From Magallana gigas (lineage: Eukaryota), in contig NC_088859.1 in the NCBI RefSeq assembly GCF_963853765.1, positions 3,968,001 to 4,032,000 of the forward strand: DNA of 64,000 nucleotides, read 5' to 3'. The notes beneath the pieces were generated by a model. The model had not been told where the DNA came from. It did not search any database and saw nothing but the letters and a program-made list of their open reading frames with translations. A program made the position numbers and the translations under genes. Shown here one piece after another: positions 10,458-21,475 of the stretch (its first letter is position 1; every line of letters starts with the position of its first letter).

Positions 10458-12624
10458 TGTAACGAAGAATATTGACCCGGGTTGAAAATTGACCCGGGGG
10501 TCATTTTTCAACGTTGAATATTGAGATCCGGGGGGTCATTTTTCAACGGTGAAAATTGAGACCAAAATCGTGAAATTTATACCAGGGGTCATTTTTCAAC
10601 GGTATGAGAAATATTTTTCTAAACTCTGATGACATCGACACGTTGAAAATTGATCCTGTTGAGAATTGACCCCAACCTCAGAGTTTTGATCTGAACTGGA
10701 ACTAACTCTACACAGTTTAAATGTTCAATCATGCACATATTTGAAAGTTTTAGTTTTAAAATATTCATACTGTCCGATGCATATGCGGACGGGCTAATTT
10801 CGTTTAGGTTGATAGGTCCAATTAATCATTTAATTTTGAGACTGAAAATATGATATCCATTTATTATTACTATACTATGAAAATAAAGCTAAGAAGATGA
10901 CCGTTTGCTTCGGAATGGAACAGGCGAGTAGGGCTAGAATACTTTTTGACATAGTGACATGGTTTTCATTCCCTCATGTGACAGAATTTTAAGTTTCAAC
11001 TTGTCATAATCTCTGATCACATGATAAATATATCTAACAAATGTATTGCCCGTCATTGTCACTTTTAAGGCAATTCAACAGAGCCCTATTCGACAGGCAC
11101 CTGGCGTTGTATTTTCTAATAATTGAAATATAACCTCTATACTGTTTTATTGGGTAAAGGGTATATACATTTATATCAAGACAAAAGGATATAATGTCAG
11201 ATACCTATGCTTAATTTGAAGAAGTCAGCATCCCTGACAAAAAAATAAATGAATGGTTGTCTTATTTTTATCTTTTTTATGTATACTGTATTATACATAT
11301 ATATACTTGACAATAATTTTTCATAAACTCGTCGGATTAACTTTATTCAAGCACCATCCAATTTTCTGCATATGCAGAGTCATAGTTCTTTTTTAAAAAT
11401 GCAATTTATTTCTATCATTTTGAGTTTTCAATTCCATTAATTACCAGTAAATTAGAAACACAGGCAACTGACGTAATATATTTCCTCAAAATTAAAAACG
11501 TATAGCATACAGCAAAAATGTTATCAATATTTTTTAAAAAGTAGGTTTGCATCTAAATATACAGTCGGAGGATGGTTGATCTAATTATATTAATGGTATA
11601 CATGAAAAGGCATGCAAAAAGTTGAATATATTAAGATTACTCAAGCATACAATTGATAGATAAACACTTGTTAAAATTCGGCTTTTATCAGACCTAGACT
11701 GGAATATGGTGATGTTGTGTGGAGCAGCTGTATCAAGGAAAATCCGAATTGCTTAAACATGTACAATTTGAAGCAACCAGGACAGTGACAGGGATCAGAG
11801 TTAATTCTTCTAAAATCATTTTATATTGTGAGCTTGATTTGGAAACCTTACAATCTCAAAGGGATAAACATAAACTAATTATATTCTCCAAGATTATAAA
11901 TGGTTTAACACCACAAGTTATGTTAGATTGAATTCAATCATATTTTCTAACTGAACATACATATAATCTTAGGTCAAATGAGCTTTTTTACTATCTACCA
12001 CTTTATACTTATTACAATAGCTTTGCTCCGTCTACATGTAAATTATTGAATAATCTTCATGCAGGAAAGAAAATTTCATCAACTTTATCTTTCTGTAAGT
12101 CAAAACTTAAAAAACAAAATATACCTAAAGCTTACAAAAATTTCAGTTAAGGCAATAGGAAATATTATTTTACGTCAATTACAGAAAAAAGCTAGTAAAG
12201 CTTACTTTAAGGATTTTTTAAACTGATGGGAGTCGCGAATATACGCGAAAAGTTTATTATGAATAAAATAGTTATTACATATTTAAAGTGATAATATGTA
12301 AATTAAAAAAAAGTCATTTATAAAGTCTCATTTTTACCCCCCTTCCCCCCCCCCCCCCCCCCCCCCGTTGAAACATATAAATATAAAGAATAAATATGTA
12401 TAAACTGATAATTTTTAATTAAATAAACTCAAGTTATAATATTGTTTCGTTATTTTGTGCTTCTTTGCTGTTGAATTTTGAACCGGTTTCATGATCAAAA
12501 TTCCACGATGCGGGTCAATTTTCAACGGATTAGGGTCTTTATTCAACACCTTTCGTCTCATTATTCAACGTGGAAAAATGACCCCCGGGTCAATTTTCAA
12601 CCCGGGTCAAAATTCTTCGTTACA
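10458..12624. mobile_element. Non-autonomous Ginger1-like DNA transposon
   Basis: TGT...ACA termini, about 68-bp TIRs with few mismatches (TGTAACGAAGAAT.TTGACCCGGGTTGAAAATTGACCCGGGGGTC), and CCGG duplicated at 10454-10457 and 12625-12628. TGT ends with a CCGG TSD are the described Ginger1 signature. No transposase ORF seen. Confidence 0.8.
11560..12190 (+). pseudogene. CR1-like LINE ORF2 3' fragment inside the Ginger-like element
   Basis: Decayed translation IRPRLEYGDVVWS...VQFEATRTVTG...LYCELDLETLQSQRDKHKLIIFSKIINGLTP, typical of the post-RT region of CR1-group LINEs. Boundaries approximate. Confidence 0.65.
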
Positions 12625-12830
12625 CCGGTGACAGGGAGGACCCCCGTCACACATGTACCAGTTGGGTTAAAGAATCGCACTTTATGTGTAATGATGAGTT
12701 TTAAGACTGAGTTAACAGTCAAAGCAGTGGTGTTGAAAATGGGGAAAGTGTCGCCAGTATATTCGATTTATTAGAGGCAAACACGTCAAGTGATAGTTTT
12801 AATAGTGTAGTAATTATTAAGTTATATCGA

Positions 12831-13025
12831 ATACACTTTTTCCACCCTGTGCATAATAAAACTGAAAATTCGCCAGCCGTATTTAATAAACTCTAGGGAT
12901 GTATAACAATTTTTATTACACACCCCTTTAAGGCAATCTTCAGTTGGCAGTACACACCTCTAGGGTTTGTCACGCACAGGTAGACGAATTTTCGGTTTAT
13001 ATCGCACACGGCGAAAAAGGGTATA
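12831..13025. repeat. Degenerate palindromic (hairpin) element
   Basis: Left arm ATACACTTTTTCCACCCTGTGCATAATAAAACTGAAAATTCG aligns by eye with the reverse complement of the right arm ending GAAAAAGGGTATA. Confidence 0.5.
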
Positions 13026-13802
13026 TTTTCTTTTAGTTTCTATTCTGAGCCTTGGAGAGGGAATAGAAAACACACAGCAGAGGGCGGATGGTTATATTTG
13101 AATGTTATTAAAAGAAGATGGGGGAATAAGATGGCGCAACTGCCCATTTGGTTTAGTCGTAAAATACAATTTCAAATTTAACATTTTTTTCAATATATTA
13201 CACATTATATTTGGAAACATAAACAAAAGAGCCTCCCCTGATTTAGCGTGAATGCACAAAATTGTAAAATAAAAAAATCCAGATGATTTCCGGAATTTTT
13301 TGAGGAATTTTCGTTGATTATTAATTAGCACAGCTTGATTGAGAAAAAAAATAAAAACAAATCGGTAATCTTCAAGTACAAGTAATGTCTAAAATACTTG
13401 TATATAAAACAAAAGACAGTAACCTTCCGGTTTATCGGCATTAAAGGCCAAAAATTCGAGTCTATTATTTTATTATGGTAGTATAGATAGTTTTAGTGTT
13501 ATAAATCGTTTAAGGTAGTTATTATTATGTTTTCGAGTTTCAAACACAGCAATGCTTATCAAATCAAGAAATTTCGATGAAAGGTATTGTAACACGCACA
13601 TTTTAATCGGTAAATTTGACTTCGTTTTTAAGGCAAGATTTAGTAAATGAAAAGTGCCTACAGACTTATAAAATTTCGGAGTTTTGTCTGATTTTTTTAT
13701 CATGAATTTCCTAAACCTGTAGACACCTGTTGCTAGATCTTGTTTGATCTTGACCTTATCAAAAACTTGTCTGACTCAACCCGGTGGAGTTAACCCAGGT
13801 AG

Positions 13803-14480
13803 TTTTAGCTCACCTGAACCGAGGTTCAATTAAGCTTTTCTAATAACCTTTGTCAGTCGTCTGTTCGTTTGTCTGTCTTTAAACATTTTTGACTTTTTCT
13901 TTAGAAAAAATTGTAATACAAATATTAGTACAAATCATTCTTATGGGAAAGAGATTATAAATTGTTTAAATAAAGTTTAATAAACCATTTTCTAAAGGAA
14001 GATAATCACGTACCACAAATAGGGTGGTTGTCTTAAAAACTCTTCTTCTCAAAAAACCACCACACTAAAAATGCCAATATTTACACCATAGCTTATGAAT
14101 TGTATGTATAGGTAAAATTTGAAGTTGTTAAAATTATTACCCCCCGGATTAATACTGGGGCCGAAAGTTTAACATAGAAATATATAGGGGAAATGTTTAT
14201 AAATCTTCTCAAGAGCTATAATGCTACAGTTGGTGACATTATTATGCAAGCATCCTAAGAAAGTTAAAATTGTGACATCCGGACCTATACTGGGGCCCAA
14301 GGAGGGGTTGACAGTTTAAGAAATACTAGTATATTGAAAATGTTTAAAACTCTTCTCAAGAACTACAATTATAAAATGTGTTATATACATTGTAACTATC
14401 CAAGCATCATAAGATAGTGTCGAGTTCAAATTGTTAGAATCTTGATCCCCAGGCCAATACTTGGGGCCACAGGAGGGGTC
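13803..14480 (+). mobile_element. Helentron-like non-autonomous element, 5' end and degenerate ~160-bp internal repeats
   Basis: Starts TTTTAGCTCACCTGAAC...AAGCTTTT, followed by a GTCT/GTCC-type microsatellite and recurring ..ACT(T)GGGGCC...TCTTCTCAAG units. Architecture matches oyster Helentron/HINE-type repeats. Confidence 0.6.
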
Positions 14481-14764
14481 CTAACGAGTGAAAGGAGAAT
14501 GGAGTGGTCTTAATCAAATAGTTATCCTGATAGCCATGTTTATTGATTTTTTCAAACACGTTTTGACACAAAATGATTTTAATTGTTTTTCTTTTCAAGT
14601 TAATGATATATCCCTATTTCATGCACGTATATAATACATCTTCATGTGTATGTATTTAAATTTTTGTCTCATCCTAAGTGTTTATGTTAGTGGGAAGATT
14701 TATCATATAATGTAATAACACGAATTGTTTTATGGCACATTATGCTTCCGTATTTTGTTTCGAA

Positions 14765-15748
14765 TTTTTAGTACACCTTGGCTGAAGCTCATGTAAGCTT
14801 TTCTGATCACCTTGGTCGGCGTGCGTCTGTCTGTCCGTCCGTCTTTCGGTACGCCGGCCCGTCTGTCTGTCCTTCTGTAAACCTTTGCATAGTTTACTTT
14901 TTCTTCAGAACCATAAGACCAAATTCAACCAAACTTGGCACAGAACATCATTTGGTAAAGGCAATCAAAGTTTATTATAATGCTGGCCCATGCCAGATAA
15001 GCTGTAACTTGTGTTGCACTATCCTGAGCTAGTATGGATTTAAGTTTGTTTAAATTATGACCCCGCAGGAGGATGGGGTTACAATGGAGGTTGAATTTTT
15101 ACATTGAAATAAATAGGGAAAAATCTGTTTAACCTTTCAATAATCATTTAACCTTATAAACTGAAGCTTGTGTTGAAGCATCTTCCGGTTGTGTAAATAA
15201 AAGTTTGTTCATAAACACAAAGGTTTTGGATGGGATTATGCGGAAGTTGAAATTAAAACTTATTTAAAAGCATCCTCAGGTAGTGTAGATTTAATCATCT
15301 TGTTAAAGTGAAGAGAATCTGGACCATGACTGGGTATCAAATAAGTTCAATATTGTATATCAGCTAGATTGTTCAAATCACGACTATCAAACTAATACTT
15401 GGGTCCTCAAAGAGGTTAAAAAATCAACATAGGAATATTCATGTAATATACGTAAAATCTGCAAAAAGTATTCTTTTCCAGAAATCCAATGCTACAGTTT
15501 GTTATATTATAGTATATAAAACATAATAATTCTTTCTTTCCATTCTAAATTGTTAATACAACGATCATTGAAACAACGAATGGGTCCCAATATTCAACAT
15601 GAAGATATAAACATGTACAGAAACTTTTTAAAATTAAGATATATATACTCAATTAAATTGTTCAGATATTTATATTTTGTATTTGACTCCGTAAAACACA
15701 TTCAATCAGAGTACTGAGGTGAGCGATGTGGCCCTTGGGCCTCTTGCT
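14765..15748 (+). mobile_element. Helentron-like non-autonomous element
   Basis: 5' TTTTTAGTACACCTTGGCTGAAGCTCATGTAAGCTTTTCTGATCAC plus (GTCY)n; 3' end AGGTGAGCGATGTGGCCCTTGGGCCTCTTG. Confidence 0.65.
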
Positions 15749-16154
15749 TTATCATATTTAATTTTACAATAACGATCAACCGTTATGTATTTATTTGATT
15801 TTTTAGAAGGATTTAGCCATTCAGTTGTATAGACTTCAATTTTAGTAGTAAGGTTAATTTTTAAACAGGTACCTGTATATACACGCAAAGATTTATGTTA
15901 AAACATTAAAAGACATTTTTTGATTTCATCATTATTTAATCATTCATGGGATTGATTGTTCATGGCATGAATAATTATATGAAGATCCTGATCAGTAGTA
16001 ATAAAATGTTCACACATAAGACTCCATGTCTGTTTTATGTTCACTCAGACCTTCTGAAATATATATTAAGGACTAATTTTCATGCAAATAGTTTAGCATC
16101 AAATTAAATTTACAGAAACGCATTGCTTCAAGTTGAAATAATTTTTAACGAAGG

Positions 16155-16975
16155 CGTACGTACAAGATCGTAAGTCGTACATTCAAGATACTATATAAGT
16201 CATGATAACGACATAACATACATAACATCGTACATACGAAATAATTAGTCGTAATAACGACATACTAAGTCGTAATAACGACATACTAAGTCGTAATAAC
16301 GACATACTAAGTTGTAATAACGACATACTAAGTCGTAATAACGAGTTATTAATTCCCTATAGCGAGATTACATGTCATATGTACTATATAATATGTCGTA
16401 CGTACGAGATAGTAGGTCGCTCATAATAACAATTTTTTCATATTAACAAGATTAAATATTGTACATGTATATGAGATAATAAGTCGAAATAACGAGATAC
16501 TAAGTCGTGATAACGGGATACTAACTTAAAGTCAAAATTACGAGATACAGTAAAACTCTGTTATAGCGAAGCCCTAGGGACCAATTGATTTACTTCGTTA
16601 TATCCGTATAACGAATTCGTAGTAACAGCTATAGCGAATTCACTATATACATGTTTTCTTTCACCAGACTATAACTTTTATTAATTGAGGCTTAGAATAA
16701 AAATATATTACTTTGATACCTATGATGATCGGATTGTGAGTCGAAAAAATTATATGAAACGAAATTTATTCAAAGTATTATGTTAAATAGTAGTGCAAAC
16801 TTTATAAAACTGAAAGAAATTCGTTACAAGATTAAATATTGTGCATATGAGATAATAAGTCGCAATAACGATATACTAAGTCGTGATAAAGGGATGCTAA
16901 CTTAAAGTCAAAATTACGAGATACAGTAATGAATCGTACGTACGAGATGTTAAGTTGCACGTACGTGATTGATAA
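16155..16975. repeat. 21-bp tandem array (AGTCGTAATAACGACATACTA) with degenerate flanking copies and a ~105-bp direct repeat
   Basis: About 4.7 near-perfect units at 16247-16344. 16446-16553 is repeated at 16826-16929. Confidence 0.8.
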
Positions 16976-16990
16976 AATCATTTATTATTA

Positions 16991-17107
16991 CGAGTATGGG
17001 ATAGTGAAATTCCACCTCGGGGACAAGATTCACGACTAGGGCGACGCTCTGTCGAGTCCTACACGGTGAATCCTGGCCGCGCGGTGAAATACGCTATCCC
17101 ACACGAG
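16991..17107. repeat. Degenerate palindromic element
   Basis: CGAGTATGGGATAGTGAAATTCCACC...GATTCAC pairs imperfectly with GTGAATCC...GGTGAAATACGCTATCCCACAC. Confidence 0.5.
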
Positions 17108-17260
17108 TACATGTACATAATGAATGATTATTTTTCTCGCATTATTTTACACATAAAAACGATGTTTTACAATTTTCTGTCATGACGTTTAGAAGATTAC
17201 TTTCGGTTTTTCCTTCAACGTGCCTCAAATAGTGCAAGTCTTAATGAGAGCAAATGACAG

Positions 17261-19680
17261 TTTTATCTCTCCTGAGCTGGAAGCTCACGTAAGCTTTCTA
17301 ATCACATTTGTCCGTTGTCCGTCTGTCCATCCGTCCGTCTGTAAACTTTTCACATCTTTATTATTATATTGACTTATATAGCGCAAAATATACATGTAGT
17401 TTCTTTGCGCTGTACATTGTGTAAATAAAAGATGTGTTCTTATAAATGCTATTTGAGAGATACTTTAAAAAATATTAGTTGAGTGATTATAAAACAACAG
17501 AAGCTTATCTAAAACATAATTAAAGGATGAGCAGGATATATACATACGTAGTCTTTACATAGTAATCGTCTATATTTTACATTCACGCTTGAACAACAGT
17601 GTTTTGAGGGTCTTGCGAAATGCTCCGTGTGTTCAAGCTTACAAAGTTCCAATGGTAGTTCATTCCACAATTGGGCACCTAGAATGTTTATAGCTCGTGC
17701 GCCGTATTTATTTGTATTTTGATTACCTCTTCACTACCAGTTTCCATTGGTCAGATGATGATCTCATTGTCCTGTGTGGTTGGTAGACAGAACATAGTTC
17801 GCTCAAGTATGTTGGTGCTGTTAAGGAATGTAGTGATTTGTGGATGGTTGTCAGTACTTTGAATATAACACATTGTTTTACAGGCAGCCAATGTAGTTGT
17901 AGAAGTACTAGAGTAATGTGTTGTCTCTAGTGTGTTTTTGTGAGACAACGTGTAGCGCTGTTTTAAGCCACTTGTAACTGGTGCATCTGACGATCGGTTA
18001 TGCCAAGCTGGAGGGCATTGTGGTAGTCAAGATAGGATATGACTGTTGCATTGATGACATTTTCACAAGCTTCTAGGGTGAGATGGTGTTTCACCTTCGA
18101 GAATCTCCGGATGTTAAAGTGCATCTTTCTGGCAACAGAGCTGACTTGTTTCTCCATTGATAGAGTAGCGTCTAAGACAGCACCAAGGTTTTTTTTTACA
18201 TTGGGCCTAGGTGTTACTATTGCCTCGCTAATCTTAATACTTATATCTCTCAAACGGCCCTGGTTGTGGGAACTAGCAACCACCATTACCTCAGTTTTTG
18301 CGTTGTTTACTTTGAGTTTGTTCACAGTCATCCCAGATCGAACACTTGCCATGCAGTTTTCCATGGTGTTGACTTGAAAGTTACGCATGGCGCGCTGTGT
18401 CTTTTACACTTAATCGGCTGTAAAGTTGTGTCATCTGCAAATCCATGGCGGTTAATGGCATACTTATTGATAACTCTTCTAAGTGGTAGAAGGTACACCA
18501 GGAAGAGAAGAGGGCCAAGAACAGATCATTGGGGCACTCCCGTGGACAGTGGCACATCTGAGGATGCACTGTTATTGATTTTTACTGCCTGAGTTCGTCC
18601 ATCTGATATAAGATATGTCCGTTGTCTGTCGTCGTTGGTGTTGGCGGCTTTGCCGTTGATGTAAACTTTTATCTTTTTCATCTTCTTCTCTAGAACTACT
18701 GGGCAGATTTAAACCAAACTAGGCACACTGCATGACTGGATTATGGAAATTCAAGTTTGTTCAAATGAAGGGCTACACCCTCGTTAAAAGGGAGATTATT
18801 TAGAATTATTGAAAATTTGTTTGTATTTTTCAAAAGTCTTCCTAAAAACTATTAGGCCAGAAAAGCTGTAACATGTATGGAAGCATCCTCAGGTAGTATA
18901 GATTCAGGTTTGTTCAAATTATGGTCCCCGGGGGAAGGGTGGGGCCACAATGGGGGGGGGGGTGGATTTTTACATAAGAATGTATAGAGAAAATCTTTAA
19001 AAATCTTTTTTTTTAAAAATATTTGGCCAGGAAAACTTAAACTTTTGTGGAGGCATTCTCAAATAATGTATATTCAAGTTTGTTTATATCATGGACCCTG
19101 GGGGTTTGGCGGAGCCACAATGGGGGATGAATTTTTACATAAGAATGTATAGAGAAAATCTTTAAAAATCTTCTTCTCATAAACTATTAGGCAAGAAAAG
19201 CTCAATTTGGAGTGGAAGCATCCTCAGATAATGTAGATTTAAATTTGTTAAAATCATAGTCCCTGGGGGTTGGGCGGGGCCACAATCGGGGATGAATTTT
19301 TACATAGGAATATGTAGAGAAAATCTTTAAAGATATTCTGGGAAAGTTTTAAGTAAAAAAAGCAGTAACTTATGTGAAAGCATGGGTTGTGCAGATTAAA
19401 ATTAGATCAAACCATGATTCCCTAGAAAATAGTGGGGCCATAGAGTGGGTGGAGGGGGATTATATAGGAATAGAAAAAAATCTTCTTACAGCTACAACAA
19501 CAAAAGGGCTTGATATTTACCGCAGAAATATGTGGATAGAAATCGGCAATTTTAAAAAAAATGTTTGAGCTACTGTACTTTATTGTCAAGATATTTTAAT
19601 TTTGATACTGTAATGCTAATTTGATCAGAGCTAAGTCAATTGTTGCTCAGGTGAGCGATGTGGCCCCTGGGCTATTTGTT
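17261..19680 (+). mobile_element. Helentron-like composite with ~166-bp satellite-like internal repeats, interrupted by a LINE fragment
   Basis: 5' CCTGAGCTGGAAGCTCACGTAAGC plus (GTCC)n; three to four ~166-bp units at 18800-19450 (GAAGCATCCTCAG...TAGATT...GGGGCCACAAT); 3' GCTCAGGTGAGCGATGTGGCCCCTGGG. Confidence 0.7.
17560..18598 (-). pseudogene. 5'-truncated CR1/L2-group LINE reverse-transcriptase fragment
   Basis: The minus strand reads GVPQ*SVLGPLLFLVY...HGFADD, then LKVNNAKTEVM...LGAVLDATLSMEKQV...LDYHNA, with stops and frameshifts. Confidence 0.85.
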
Positions 19681-21044
19681 TTGAGTTTATGTCTTATAAA
19701 CAATATTTAAAGAGGAGTTTCAGGTGGCAGTTAGCTACCCGTCGTCGGAGATTTCGCTGATGTTTAATAGCTGGCCTATATATTTTCTATATATTAATCC
19801 TATTTTTAATTTTTTTGTTTCAAAAAGGTCTAAATCCTAAGCACATTTTTCATAAAAACAATATACTTTTGGCTTAAGATCAATATATCAAATTTGTAAT
19901 ATGGTTTCGTAAGATTTTTCAACAACAAAATACGCATTTTCTCGAGTCGTTTTAGTATAAACAGAAATTGATTTCGCTAATGGAAATATAGGTATTTATA
20001 TGATTCTTTCTATACTCCCCCCCCCCTTCCAGTTCTAGAAAATCCGATTATGATTTTGTATAAAATACAATAAATTAATAAGAATATACTTAATAATAAA
20101 TTCACTTTATTCTCAGTAAATAATTTTGTGCCAGAAATAGATCTCTTTATTAACTTTAGTGATAAAATGAAAGTACCAAATAAATTTTTTAAAGAAAATT
20201 ACCATGTCTTAAAATAGCACAAAAATTTCCACAGGTAATAAGGGGACCTTCAAAATGGAGTCGCTTTCCGAAGAAATGTAAGTAGAAATCAATTTATATA
20301 TATTGTGTATTTAAGCTTACTGTTAACGCAGATCACGGAAAACATTCTATCATTATAATAGATTTATATGTATACATATTCAAAATGACACGCAAATATT
20401 CCTTATAGATATTTTTTCATAAATCAAAGCCTAAATTTACACATCTTAGTATCCATCATTCTTTGTTGGAATTCGTTCAATTTTAATTTTATTTTTAACT
20501 AGTTGAATAGTTGAATTGTTGAAAATTGTTTACGCAACACAAAAGTTAAGTTCTATGGAAATAATTATGTGTAAAATTACGTACTTTTTAATTGATGTAT
20601 TCAATAGCAATGGGCTAAATGTATGTAACCATTTGTTTGCTATATTGATCTTCTTGAAACAAAGAACTCCGTATAAAAATAAAGAAAAGTATAAAAACTT
20701 TTGCAGAAAATAAATATGTTTTTTTTATTAAATAATGATGTGTACCTCTAAATTACATCAGGATCTGATGAATAATTTGTTGACCACCGACCCTTCTTAA
20801 TGACAGCGATTTAAAGTCAATCATTTCTTAATCATTATACATGTTTGAGAAAGATTTTATCCGAAGTGCCTTACTTATTAATTTTCTCCTGGTTTTTTCA
20901 CATTGTTACCATGGTAAAGTGTTTTAACTTTCATTGATATTTACATTTTTATTCTACACATACTTATCAAATAATTAAAAAGCATATTTAACCACATAGG
21001 ATTTTAAAAAGATCCTCCCTTAGTATTTCTATTTTCGTCGTACA

Positions 21045-21047
<3 letters not shown>

Positions 21048-21098
<51 letters not shown>
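21048..21098. repeat. (GT)n microsatellite
   Basis: About 25 GT units. Confidence 0.97.
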
Positions 21099-21099
<1 letters not shown>

Positions 21100-21475
21100 A
21101 TTAATGACAATGCTTGACGATGCCCTTTTAAATATTTTATCTATTCATCTAATGTCTTATTGTTCATAGAATTTGAATTGATTACAAAGTTATGGGGGGT
21201 TTTTTCAATCCGATTCTCCTCACTTCAGTGCTTACACTCTTATCTCAAGTGGTTGAGGTATAAGTGAATGATCTGCAAGTCATGAGTGGTTTTTTTTTTA
21301 TAAATAATACTAAAATACAAACTATTCTTTTGTAAAATGTGTATACTATTCATTTGGAAAACGGAAATTTATATTTTATTATTATAAGTTAAAAAATCAT
21401 GTACGTGATTTGTGAATTGTTGCTCTTTAAACTATTTGTCAGTCTTTTGTATTACCATAAACGTTTTATCATAAT

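Larger units (their letters stand above)
1..12651 (+). mobile_element. Decayed Ty3/Gypsy LTR retrotransposon (5' LTR runs off the window start; 3' LTR interrupted by three nested insertions)
   Basis: Order: LTR tail (1-119), PBS, gag with CCHC knuckle, then pol in PR-RT-RH-IN order (Gypsy order), PPT, and a 3' LTR starting TGTTACA at 4929 and ending GTCACA at 12651. The LTR text at 1-119 reappears in pieces at 5784-5854, 10434-10457 and 12629-12651. Confidence 0.95.
4929..12651 (+). repeat. Gypsy 3' LTR in four pieces (4929-5263, 5758-5854, 10434-10457, 12625-12651)
   Basis: TG...CA termini with an imperfect inverted end (TGTTACAGGG vs revcomp TGTGACGGGG). Removing the three inserts restores the 5' LTR text. 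No PBS follows 12651. Confidence 0.88.

Noticed and set aside
16247-16344. 21-bp repeats as CRISPR or iterons
   Set aside because: Head-to-tail with no spacers, inside TE-rich eukaryotic DNA.
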